DNA of 64,000 bases from assembly GCA_947586855.1 (NCBI GenBank), contig CANPXV010000003.1, positions 24,274 through 88,273 of the forward strand, written 5' to 3'. The stretch comes from an uncultured Clostridia bacterium. GTDB taxonomy: Bacteria; Bacillota; Clostridia; Christensenellales; CAG-314. Below, piece after piece: positions 54,425-62,945 of this stretch. The notes under the pieces are model-generated. The model was not told the origin of the DNA. It worked only from the letters and a program-made list of their open reading frames with translations, and searched no databases. How positions within the stretch are numbered: the stretch's first letter is position 1; every line of letters starts with the position of its first letter. The position numbers and the translations under genes are program-made.

Positions 54425-55155
54425 TCCTCCCCTGCCCCCGCTTTCTCCCTTTTCCCTCTCTTTTCTCTTTCCCTCATTCATTTATTATTTTATTCTTTTC
54501 TCACCCAAACATATTTTTTCTCTCATTCTCTCTTGCCCCTCTCGCTTTTCCCCTCTCCGCTCTTGCTTTCTTTTCTCCCCTCATAATAGAGGGGCATTAT
54601 TTCCTGCAATAAAGTAGAAAAAGTGATTGCAAGGGTTGTGCGATCTCAAAAATAACAAGCGCACATGCCCGTTGCGGCAAAAGATGTTGTGCAAATGACT
54701 TAAAAAAATGTGGTGATAGCTTTTTTATAGATAACAGCGGTGCAGCAGCTTTCAAACTCGCCCCGTCCCCCTCATCTCTCCCATTCTCTTCCTTTTCTTT
54801 CTCTTCCCCTTTCCCCCTCTTCCTTTCTTCTTCCCATTTTCTTTCTCTCTTCCTCTTCTTTCTTTTTTCACTCTTTTATTTTTTCCTATTCTTTTTTATC
54901 GTTCGTTTCTTCCCGCCCCTCGCTCGGAATTTATGTCGCCGTGTGCGAACGAAATAAAATTATTTGCCGCCGCCCGCCCCTCTCTCCCTCTCTTCTCACT
55001 TCCTTTCTCTTCTTCTTTTCTCTCTTTTTCTCATTTTTTTCTTTCTCTCTTCTCTCTTCTCTCTTATTTCCCCCTCTCTTTCTTTCTTCCCTCCCCTCTC
55101 TTTCTTCTTTTTCTTCTCTTTCTTCTCCCCTTTTTTCTTCTTTCCATCTCTCGCT
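54425..55155 (+). repeat. three polypyrimidine tracts (54425-54590, 54757-54925, 54975-55155) in a divergent intergenic region
   Basis: C/T-only runs. The header AGCGGTGCAGCAGCT at about 54735 followed by CTCTCCCATTCTCT matches the header of the 50-kb array. A GTTCGTTTCTTCCCGCCCCTC box lies at about 54900. Confidence 0.8.
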
Positions 55156-55340
55156 CAAAAAAATTTTCAAAAAAAAGTGTAAAATTTTGAAAAAACTGAC
55201 AGACAGTTGGCAACATTGATGTGCTATTATACTATCGAATAGAACAAACGTTCGATAATTCGCCTTGCCCCGATAGGCGTCTCAACGTTTGAGGCTATCA
55301 GTTTTCGGTACGCAGCACACGGCAAAAGGAGGTGAGCAAG

Positions 55341-55775
55341 GTGAATTACGATATGATAATGCTCAAAAATGCGGTACGGATGAACAAATCTGCAAAAATA
55401 CTCTCTCGGGAGCTGCAACGTTTGGCGATACAGTCCTACGACACGTTGCATTGGAGGGACGGCACAATGGGCCAGGTGGCGGCCATGGGCGCATTGACGC
55501 AGGACATATCTCGCCTGCGCCTGTTTTGGGATAGCGTTGTGGGTGCGCTCAAACGCATTTCCCCCGCCGAGAGGGCGTTGTTGGTGGCGGTCTACCTCAA
55601 ATGTTGCGACAAGCAGCGTCTTGCGGACAGGTTTGGGGTGTCCGTTTCGACGGTGTATCGCAAGTTATTTGTGGCCCGCAAGCATTTTTGCGCAGCCCTG
55701 CAAAAGATGGGTTGCGACGAGCAGTGGTTCCAACAAAACTACGGCGATTTCGATTGGTTGGTGCGCCGCCGCTAA
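55341..55775 (+). CDS. ArpU/sigma-70 region-4-like phage late transcriptional regulator
   Basis: GTG at 55341, 8 nt after GGAGG. C-terminal region-4-type HTH (ISPAERALLVAVYLKCCDKQRLADRFGVSVSTVYRKL). About 145 aa and located upstream of a terminase. Confidence 0.5.
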   Translation: MNYDMIMLKNAVRMNKSAKILSRELQRLAIQSYDTLHWRDGTMGQVAAMGALTQDISRLRLFWDSVVGALKRISPAERALLVAVYLKCCDKQRLADRFGVSVSTVYRKLFVARKHFCAALQKMGCDEQWFQQNYGDFDWLVRRR

Positions 55776-56509
55776 ATATCCTGATCGAAAACGGCGTTTT
55801 TCTTTTTGAGGTTGCCGGGCAAAAAAAGCGCCAATGTCAGCCCCACGGCCAGCACCACAACAAACACGATGAGCAAAATCTCCGACGTGGGCGTGGGTTC
55901 TGTCGGCGTCTCCGTTGCGGGCGGCTCTGTCTCCGATGGAGTGGTGACGGCGGGGCGGCTTGGCAGCGGCGTGGGGTGGGGCGAGATTTGCGGTGCGCTC
56001 ACCGTTTCGGCGTCCACATAGCCGAATTTGCCCCCGTAGTAGACGTAGTACCAAGTGGTGCCGTAGTTGACGATGCTGCCGTAGTAGCTCAGTTTTTGGG
56101 TGTTGACGGCGGTTATCACGGGCAGGGCAGAGGGCGTCGGCGATTGTCTCAGCGGCGCACTGCCGCCCAGCACCGCGATTTTTTCGGTGGGGTACAGCGG
56201 CGCAACGGGCGCAGACAGGCAGTCGCTTACCTGTGATTTGTACACATAGCCCGATATCAACGGAAAATCCTCTTCGTTTTGCATTATATACACAAAGTAC
56301 ATTCGGTCCGTCTCCGCCTGTATTTGCAGATAGTAGGATTTTTCCAGCACAAACAGGCGTTGATCGTCGCTTTCCGAGGCAAACAGGTACACGTCGTCCT
56401 CGGTGATACGGGCAAAGGAGACGGTTTCGGCAAGGGCGGCGCAGGATACGTCCGCACAGCAGGTCAACCACCAGCACAGCAGCAGCGCTGCGACAATTTT
56501 TTTTAACAT
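55772..56509 (-). CDS. SH3b-domain protein with signal peptide and C-terminal membrane anchor
   Basis: ATG at 56509 after GGAGG. Signal MLKKIVAALLLCWWL. SH3b-like WYYVYYGGKFGYVDAE. Pro/Thr linker, then TM helix ILLIVFVVVLAVGLTLALFL. Confidence 0.6.
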   Translation of the reverse strand: MLKKIVAALLLCWWLTCCADVSCAALAETVSFARITEDDVYLFASESDDQRLFVLEKSYYLQIQAETDRMYFVYIMQNEEDFPLISGYVYKSQVSDCLSAPVAPLYPTEKIAVLGGSAPLRQSPTPSALPVITAVNTQKLSYYGSIVNYGTTWYYVYYGGKFGYVDAETVSAPQISPHPTPLPSRPAVTTPSETEPPATETPTEPTPTSEILLIVFVVVLAVGLTLALFLPGNLKKKNAVFDQDI

Positions 56510-56631
56510 AACAACCTCCACAGGTGCAACAGGCACAGTATAGCCCCAAGCGCAGGGTAAAATTTGCCAAGTTGTGTAGGTTGGTGGGAGAATAGTGCTG
56601 TTTGCGAGGGGCAACACACAGGGGGATAATC

Positions 56632-58044
56632 GTGAAAGAATTGATAAATCGCATACACGCCATCGAGACGGAGCAGCGCCGCCGACAGAGCAGTCCGCTT
56701 GCCCGTTACAACAAGGGCAAGGTGCACGCCAAACAGATGGCGTTTCACCGATGTCTCAAACGCAACAGGTGGGTATTTGGCGGCAATCGCAGCGGCAAAA
56801 CGGAGTGCGGCGCAGTGGAGACGGTGTGGCTGGCCCGAGGTATACACCCGTTTCGGCCCAATCGCCCCAACGTAAATTGCTGGGTGGTGTCCCTCAGTCA
56901 GCAGGTGCAGCGAGATGTGGCGCAGCAAAAGCTGCTGTACTATCTGGACAGGAGTTGGATACGTGAGATCGTCATGGAAAGCGGCTCCAAGTCCAGCCCG
57001 GAGTTTGGCGTCATCGACTACATTGTGATAGACAACGTGGCGGGCGGCACATCTCGCATTGCCTTCAAAAGCTGCGAGGCGGGCCGAGAAAAATTTCAGG
57101 GCACAAGTCTGGATTTCGTCTGGTTCGACGAGGAGCCGCCCCGTGACATCTACGAGGAGTGCCGCATGCGTATTCTGGACCGCAAAGGGCACATTTTCGG
57201 CACAATGACGCCCTTGAAAGGGCTAAGCTGGGTGTACGACGAGATCTACCTCAACAAGCACAACTCGCCGGAGGTGTGGTGCGAGTTTATGGAGTGGAGC
57301 GACAACCCCTTTCTCAATGGAGACGAGGTGGCGCTGATGTCGCAAAGCATGTCCGCCGAGCAGCTTCAAAGCCGCCGATACGGCAAATTTACGCAGGCCA
57401 ACGGGCTTGTGTATCCGGAGTTCGGCGAGCAAAACGTCATCGAACCCTTTGACGTGCCCACAGCCTGGCACGACGCCATTTCGGTGGATCCGGGGCTGCA
57501 CAATCCGCTATCCTGCCATTGGTATGCCAGAGACGGCGACGGCAACGTGTATGTGATTGCCGAACACTACCAAGCGCAGCGGGATGTGGAGTATCATGCC
57601 GACAGGATCAAGCAGATTTCCCGTCAGCTGGGCTGGAAAAACGGCGCCGAGCTGACCGTGCTGATGGACAGCGCCGCCAACCAACGCACCCTCAACGGGC
57701 AACGCAGCGTGGCCGAGCTGTTCAGAGAGCAGGGCGTCAACGTCAACACCCGTGTGGACAAGGGACTGTATGCAGGCGTCAACAGGGTCAAAACCATGCT
57801 CAAACCGCTCAACGGCCCGCCCAAACTGTACATTTTTTCCACCTGCGTCAACATGCTGCGAGAGATCAAAGGCTACTTTTGGGGCAGCGGCGACGTCCCC
57901 GTTAAAAAGGACGACCACGCCATGGACGAGCTGCGCTACTACATATGCACCCTGAGCGAGCCCTCGGGCGAAAAACTTGCCAAAACGCAGGTGGAGCGTG
58001 ACAAGGAACGGCTGATAAGGCAATTGAGGAGCAGGCGCCCATGA
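56632..58044 (+). CDS. terL: phage terminase large subunit
   Basis: Walker A FGGNRSGKTE, Walker B LDFVWFDEEP, TMTPLKG coupling motif, C-terminal RNaseH-like nuclease (ISVDPG..., DDHAMDELRY). Confidence 0.85.
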   Translation: MKELINRIHAIETEQRRRQSSPLARYNKGKVHAKQMAFHRCLKRNRWVFGGNRSGKTECGAVETVWLARGIHPFRPNRPNVNCWVVSLSQQVQRDVAQQKLLYYLDRSWIREIVMESGSKSSPEFGVIDYIVIDNVAGGTSRIAFKSCEAGREKFQGTSLDFVWFDEEPPRDIYEECRMRILDRKGHIFGTMTPLKGLSWVYDEIYLNKHNSPEVWCEFMEWSDNPFLNGDEVALMSQSMSAEQLQSRRYGKFTQANGLVYPEFGEQNVIEPFDVPTAWHDAISVDPGLHNPLSCHWYARDGDGNVYVIAEHYQAQRDVEYHADRIKQISRQLGWKNGAELTVLMDSAANQRTLNGQRSVAELFREQGVNVNTRVDKGLYAGVNRVKTMLKPLNGPPKLYIFSTCVNMLREIKGYFWGSGDVPVKKDDHAMDELRYYICTLSEPSGEKLAKTQVERDKERLIRQLRSRRP

Positions 58045-58352
58045 TAGACAAGCAAATGCTGGTGGATATTCTCGTCAAAAGGGCCAAGGGCTACCGCTAC
58101 ACCGAGCGCACGGACGAATATGCGGTGGTGGATGGCGAGCGCAAGTTGGTCAAGAGCAAAAAGGTAAGCAAGTGCATCCAGCCCGACGTCAACGCCGTCA
58201 AGGCGCTCATCACCCTCGACGACAGTCAGGACGTCACCCAACTGACGGACGAGCAATTGCAGGTAGAAAAGCTGCGTCTGCTGCGCCTGCTCAACATCAT
58301 GGAGGCCGCCCCCGACGAGCCCACCCCCGACGGCAGCGACAACGAAGAGTAA
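58041..58352 (+). CDS. hypothetical phage protein (103 aa)
   Basis: Start overlaps the terL stop. Charged helical protein. No family recognised. Confidence 0.45.
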   Translation: MIDKQMLVDILVKRAKGYRYTERTDEYAVVDGERKLVKSKKVSKCIQPDVNAVKALITLDDSQDVTQLTDEQLQVEKLRLLRLLNIMEAAPDEPTPDGSDNEE

Positions 58353-58370
58353 ATAAGGAGGCAAAAATCA

Positions 58371-58598
58371 ATGCTAAACAACATTTTCAACAAAATCAAA
58401 TGCGACGTCAAGGACTGCAAAAACGACGCAACATGCAGTTTCGACGTCAAACTCAGGGGCGGCAAGTGCTTTTTGTGCGACAGCTGTCTGGCCGCTCTCA
58501 CATCGGACGGGCGCCAACGCACAGTGCCCAAAAGTCCGCAAAGCGCAATAAAAAAGCGTCTGGAACATCGTGCGGAGGAGGCAAACAGTGACAGATAA
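58371..58598 (+). CDS. small Cys-rich (zinc-ribbon-like) phage protein
   Basis: Strong RBS AAGGAGG. CDVKDC...C...CFLCDSC pattern. Confidence 0.45.
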   Translation: MLNNIFNKIKCDVKDCKNDATCSFDVKLRGGKCFLCDSCLAALTSDGRQRTVPKSPQSAIKKRLEHRAEEANSDR

Positions 58599-60465
58599 CA
58601 ACCAATTTCATCAAATCACGCAACCTGCGCCCGATGAGCCGCAACCGCAGACGGTGGTGTGCGCCGAGGACGTGGTGCGTTCGGTGCAGGCGGATTTCGC
58701 CGAGAGGCAGCGCATGCGCCGTCCCTACGAGCTAAGTTGGCAGCTCAACATGAACTTTACCATGGGCAACCAATATTGCGCCGTCTCGCCGAGGGGCGCC
58801 ATCGAGCAGGAGGACAAGTACTTTTTCTGGCAGGAAAAGCAGGTGTTCAACCACATCGCCACGATAGTGGACACAAGGGTATCCCGCCTCAACCGAGTGC
58901 GTCCCCGTCCCGTCGCCAGGCCCTTTTCCGTCAGTGAGTCGGATATCAACGCCGCCAAGCTGTCCACCAAGATACTCAACAGCGTATCGGACAAGCTGCA
59001 CCTCAGCGAGCTGATCGGCCGTGCAACGGTGTGGAGCGAGGTGTGCGGCACCGCCTTCTACAAGGTAAGCTGGGACCCCGACCGTCAGGACGTGCAGCTG
59101 TCGGTATGCTCTCCATTCGAGATCTACCCCGACAGCAACGTCACCCCCACCTTGGAGGAGTGCGCTTCGGTGATACATGCCAAGGTGTATTCGGCGCAGG
59201 ACGTCAAGGACACCTGGGGAGCGGATCTTGCGGGCGAAACGGTCAAGGTGTACGCCATCGACGGCGCCCAAAGCGTGGGCGGCATGGGGTACAATTCGGT
59301 GGTGCCATCGATAGTCCAGGAGGGCAAAAAGGATCAGGTGCTGGTGATAGAGCGCTACACCAAGCCCACCCAGCAATATCCCAACGGCAAATTGGAGATC
59401 GTTGCGGGCGACCGTCTGCTATATATGGGAGAGCTGCCCTACATGCTGGGCGAGGACAACACATTTTGCTATCCCTTTGTGCGGCAGGTTGCGTTGGAGC
59501 AGGCCGGTTGCTTTTGGGGGACGAGCATGGTGGAGCGGTGCATACCCATTCAGCGTGCCTACAACGCCGTCAAAAACCGCAAGCACGAGTTTCTCAACCG
59601 CCTTTCGATGGGCGTGCTGATGGTGGAAGATGGCTCGGTGGATACAGACAGCCTGCAAGAGGAAGGCCTGTCCCCGGGCAAAATTCTGGTGTATCGTCAA
59701 GGCTCGGCCAAGCCGCAGCTTATGGACAGCGGCGACGTGCCCAACGACTTCACCTACGAGGAGGAGCAGCTGCTCAAAGAGTTTGTCACCGTCAGCGGCG
59801 TGTCGGAGTTTGCCCGCAACAGCACCACCCCCACGCAAGTGACCAGCGGCGTGGCGTTACAGCTGATTGCCGAGCAGGACGACATTCGCCTCAGTTGCAG
59901 CGTAGACAGTATCCGCAACTGTATCAAGCGCATTTCGCAGTACGTTTTGCGGCTGTACCGCCAATTTGTAAGCGCTCCCAAACTTATGCGCTACGCCGAC
60001 GGGCAAAACAGCGCCGAGGTGTTCTACTTTACGGGCAGCAACATCGGCGCCGACGACATCGTGTTCGAGACGGAAAACGAGCTCAGCGACAGCCTTGCCA
60101 CCCGCCGCAGTATGATATTTGACCTGCTCAAAGCGGGCGTTCTGTCCGATGGCAACGGCAAGATGTCCGCCGCCACCAAAAGCAAAGTTTTGTCCCTTAT
60201 GGGCTTTGGCAATTGGGAGGCGGCACAGGACGTGGCGCAGATGCACCTTGCACGGGCCGAGAGGGAAAACGTGGATATCGACCATGCCGAGGTGCTGCCC
60301 GTGGACGACCACGACATACACATCGAGGAGCACACTCGCTTTGTTGTGGGCAGGGATATCGACGGCCAAAGCAAGCAATATCGCAACAAGGTGTTGGATC
60401 ACATCGCCGCCCACCGAGCCATGCAAGCCGCCCAACAGGCGCCCAAAATACATCAAGGAGAGTAG
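58588..60465 (+). CDS. phage portal protein
   Basis: GTG at 58588 after GGAGGAGG. Portal-typical N-terminal region (YELSWQLNMNFTMGNQY...FNHIATIVDTRVSRL...RP). About 625 aa and adjacent to terL. Confidence 0.8.
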   Translation: MTDNNQFHQITQPAPDEPQPQTVVCAEDVVRSVQADFAERQRMRRPYELSWQLNMNFTMGNQYCAVSPRGAIEQEDKYFFWQEKQVFNHIATIVDTRVSRLNRVRPRPVARPFSVSESDINAAKLSTKILNSVSDKLHLSELIGRATVWSEVCGTAFYKVSWDPDRQDVQLSVCSPFEIYPDSNVTPTLEECASVIHAKVYSAQDVKDTWGADLAGETVKVYAIDGAQSVGGMGYNSVVPSIVQEGKKDQVLVIERYTKPTQQYPNGKLEIVAGDRLLYMGELPYMLGEDNTFCYPFVRQVALEQAGCFWGTSMVERCIPIQRAYNAVKNRKHEFLNRLSMGVLMVEDGSVDTDSLQEEGLSPGKILVYRQGSAKPQLMDSGDVPNDFTYEEEQLLKEFVTVSGVSEFARNSTTPTQVTSGVALQLIAEQDDIRLSCSVDSIRNCIKRISQYVLRLYRQFVSAPKLMRYADGQNSAEVFYFTGSNIGADDIVFETENELSDSLATRRSMIFDLLKAGVLSDGNGKMSAATKSKVLSLMGFGNWEAAQDVAQMHLARAERENVDIDHAEVLPVDDHDIHIEEHTRFVVGRDIDGQSKQYRNKVLDHIAAHRAMQAAQQAPKIHQGE

Positions 60466-60468
60466 AAT

Positions 60469-60867
60469 ATGTCGGAATTTGGCAAATTTTCTTCGGCAGA
60501 GGAACTGCTGAAAGGCTACAACGAATTGGAAAAAAGTTTCACTCAAAAATGTCAGCAACTAAGTCAGTTGCAGCGTTCGGCGCAGACAACCCCGCCCTCG
60601 GCAGAGGCCTGCGTCACGGACGAAAGCGGTACAAGCGAGGTTACCCCGTCACCGCAGCAACAGGCAGTGCCCCAACAGTCCGACGGGGCTGTTGATGCGC
60701 CCACGGTCCCTTTGTCCGCAACGCCCGACGTCCCTGCGGACGAATGCGCAAGCGCTGCCCGTCCACCCAAGGTTATGACGGGTGGAGGCAATGTCTCGGC
60801 GGCCCTGCCAAACCGCCCCAAGACCCTCAAAGAAGCGTCGGAATTGGCAAAAAAATATTTTGTATAG
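60469..60867 (+). CDS. scaffolding-like phage protein
   Basis: Position between portal and capsid. N-terminal FSSAEELLKGYNELEKSFTQK helix, low-complexity Pro/Ser/Thr middle, short basic C-terminus. Confidence 0.45.
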   Translation: MSEFGKFSSAEELLKGYNELEKSFTQKCQQLSQLQRSAQTTPPSAEACVTDESGTSEVTPSPQQQAVPQQSDGAVDAPTVPLSATPDVPADECASAARPPKVMTGGGNVSAALPNRPKTLKEASELAKKYFV

Positions 60868-60880
60868 GAGATAAAAAACA

Positions 60881-62044
60881 ATGGTAACACTCACAAGTGC
60901 CGACAACGCACTCAAAACACTCTATCTCGGCGTTGTGTCCGAGCAACTCAACACGGCGGTCAATCCGCTGCTTGCCCGTATCGAGCAGACCACAAGCGAC
61001 GTCTGGGGCAAGGAAGTGCGCAAGCTGGCGTCTTTTGGCGTCAACGGCGGCATAGGCGCAGGCACCGAGGACGGCGAATTGCCCTCGGCGGCAGGCAACA
61101 ACTATGCGCAGTTTGTGCTTCCCCTCAAAAACCTCTACGGCACGATAGAAATTTCCGACAAGGCCATTCGCGCAAGTATGGATAACAGCGGCGCCTTTGT
61201 CAACTTGCTGCAATCGGAGATGGAAGGGCTGATCAGGGCCTCCAAATTCAACTTCGGCCGCATGCTGTACGGCGACGGCAGCGGCAAGCTGTGCACGGTA
61301 AGCGCCGTCAGCGGCAACGAAGTGACGGTGGACTCTGTCAACAACGTCATGGAAGGCATGGTGGTGGATGTCATCGGCAACAGCGGCAAAACGCCCGTAG
61401 CAACCGCCCGCCGCATAGTGGATATCGACCGAGAGGGCAAAAAAATCACACTCAGCGGCGCAGCGCTCACGGGCACAGTCACCGCCGACGACTTCTTGAC
61501 GGTGCAGGGCAGCTACAACAAGGAGATCACCGGTCTCGGCGCCATCTTCGGCGACAGCGCAACGCTCTACGGTTTGCAGCGCACCTCCAACAAGTGGCTC
61601 ACTCCCTACAAAAAGACGGCCGAAACATTGAACGACGTCACCATCCAGAAGGCCATCGACGCTCTGGAAGAGACGGCAGGCTCCACAGCCGATTTCATCG
61701 TGTGCTCGGGCGGCGTCAAGCGTGCCTATCAGGACTACCTGATCACCAATCGCACCAACATCGACGTGATGAACCTGCAAGGGGGTTTCAAGGCCATCAG
61801 CTACAACGGTATCCCCGTGGTAAGCGACCGTTTTGTGCCGTCGGGCACCATGTACATACTCAACACCGCCGATTTCCACCTGCACCAGCTGTGCGATTGG
61901 CGCTGGTTAGAGGGGGACGACGGACGCATAATCAAGCAGGTACCCAACAAGCCCGTCTACACGGCCACGCTGGTCAAGTACGCCGACCTCATCTGCGACA
62001 GACCTATCGGTCAGGCCATGATAAGCGGCATCACAGAGGCGTAA
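60881..62044 (+). CDS. major capsid protein (HK97-fold type, inferred)
   Basis: 387 aa in the canonical position after the scaffold. The N-terminal LKTLYLGVVSEQLNTAVNPLLARIE resembles recalled capsid/encapsulin-like families. Not verified by search. Confidence 0.6.
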   Translation: MVTLTSADNALKTLYLGVVSEQLNTAVNPLLARIEQTTSDVWGKEVRKLASFGVNGGIGAGTEDGELPSAAGNNYAQFVLPLKNLYGTIEISDKAIRASMDNSGAFVNLLQSEMEGLIRASKFNFGRMLYGDGSGKLCTVSAVSGNEVTVDSVNNVMEGMVVDVIGNSGKTPVATARRIVDIDREGKKITLSGAALTGTVTADDFLTVQGSYNKEITGLGAIFGDSATLYGLQRTSNKWLTPYKKTAETLNDVTIQKAIDALEETAGSTADFIVCSGGVKRAYQDYLITNRTNIDVMNLQGGFKAISYNGIPVVSDRFVPSGTMYILNTADFHLHQLCDWRWLEGDDGRIIKQVPNKPVYTATLVKYADLICDRPIGQAMISGITEA

Positions 62045-62095
62045 CGTCCAATGCGGAGCAGGGGCTGACCCTGCTCTTGCCATAGGGAGGACACA

Positions 62096-62407
62096 ATGAC
62101 ACTCATTCGCATAACGCAAGACGTTTTTGATATAGCACAGCGCTTGCAGGCACTCAACGACGACTACGAATTGTACTACAACGCTCGTTTGGGTCGCTAC
62201 GAGGTGCACAGCAAGGCACGGGGCACACTGCAATTTGTGCTGCCCTATGCCGAGCTGGACGCCCGTGCGGTAGAGTACGCCCGCAAGACGGCCGTTTGCA
62301 ACGCCGACGCCCTCTTTGACGAGGTGGAGCGGCACAATGCCGCTGTGCGCCGACAGCAAATATCCCGTGCGGCACAGGCTGTGCAAGGGAGGATCGATGA
62401 AACTTAA
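62096..62407 (+). CDS. hypothetical phage protein (103 aa)
   Basis: RBS GGGAGGA. Lies in the head-module operon. No family recognised. Confidence 0.4.
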   Translation: MTLIRITQDVFDIAQRLQALNDDYELYYNARLGRYEVHSKARGTLQFVLPYAELDARAVEYARKTAVCNADALFDEVERHNAAVRRQQISRAAQAVQGRIDET

Positions 62408-62945
62408 AGAACTGATACAAAAGTGCAGCGAGCTGTTGGGGTTAGAGCTGTCCCGAAGCTACTTTCAGGCCACCTCGCAGCCGCAAAACACCTACATAGA
62501 CAAACTTGTGGCCTGTTTCGACTCGGTCTATGAGGAGCTTTTTCGGGATTACGCCTCGCCCCTCAGACGCACGGTGGTGCAGTCGGCGGACGGGGTCGTG
62601 GATCTGTCGGGACTGCGCCTCAACAAGGTGGTGTCCCTCACGGACGGCGAAGGGCGAGACGTTCCCTTTCGTTACAGCGACAACGCTTTGTCGGTGGGGC
62701 GGCAGGGCAGCTTCAATCTGTGCTACTCTCGCCTGCCCGACGACGTGGCGTGGGACGAAGAAATCAAGTTGCCTGCGCCCTATCTCAGCGACAGACTGCT
62801 CACCTACGGCATCATGAGGGAGTATCTTTGCACCGTGGGCGATTGGTCGGCCGCCGGGATGTGGGACGAACGCTATCGGACGGCCATCACCGCCGCATGC
62901 AGCAAAACCACGTCCATGCGCCTGCCCGTGGGGAGGTGGTGGTGA
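62397..62945 (+). CDS. hypothetical phage head-completion/connector-position protein
   Basis: ATG at 62397 after AAGGGAGGA, overlapping the previous ORF. Assigned by position only. Confidence 0.4.
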   Translation: MKLKELIQKCSELLGLELSRSYFQATSQPQNTYIDKLVACFDSVYEELFRDYASPLRRTVVQSADGVVDLSGLRLNKVVSLTDGEGRDVPFRYSDNALSVGRQGSFNLCYSRLPDDVAWDEEIKLPAPYLSDRLLTYGIMREYLCTVGDWSAAGMWDERYRTAITAACSKTTSMRLPVGRWW

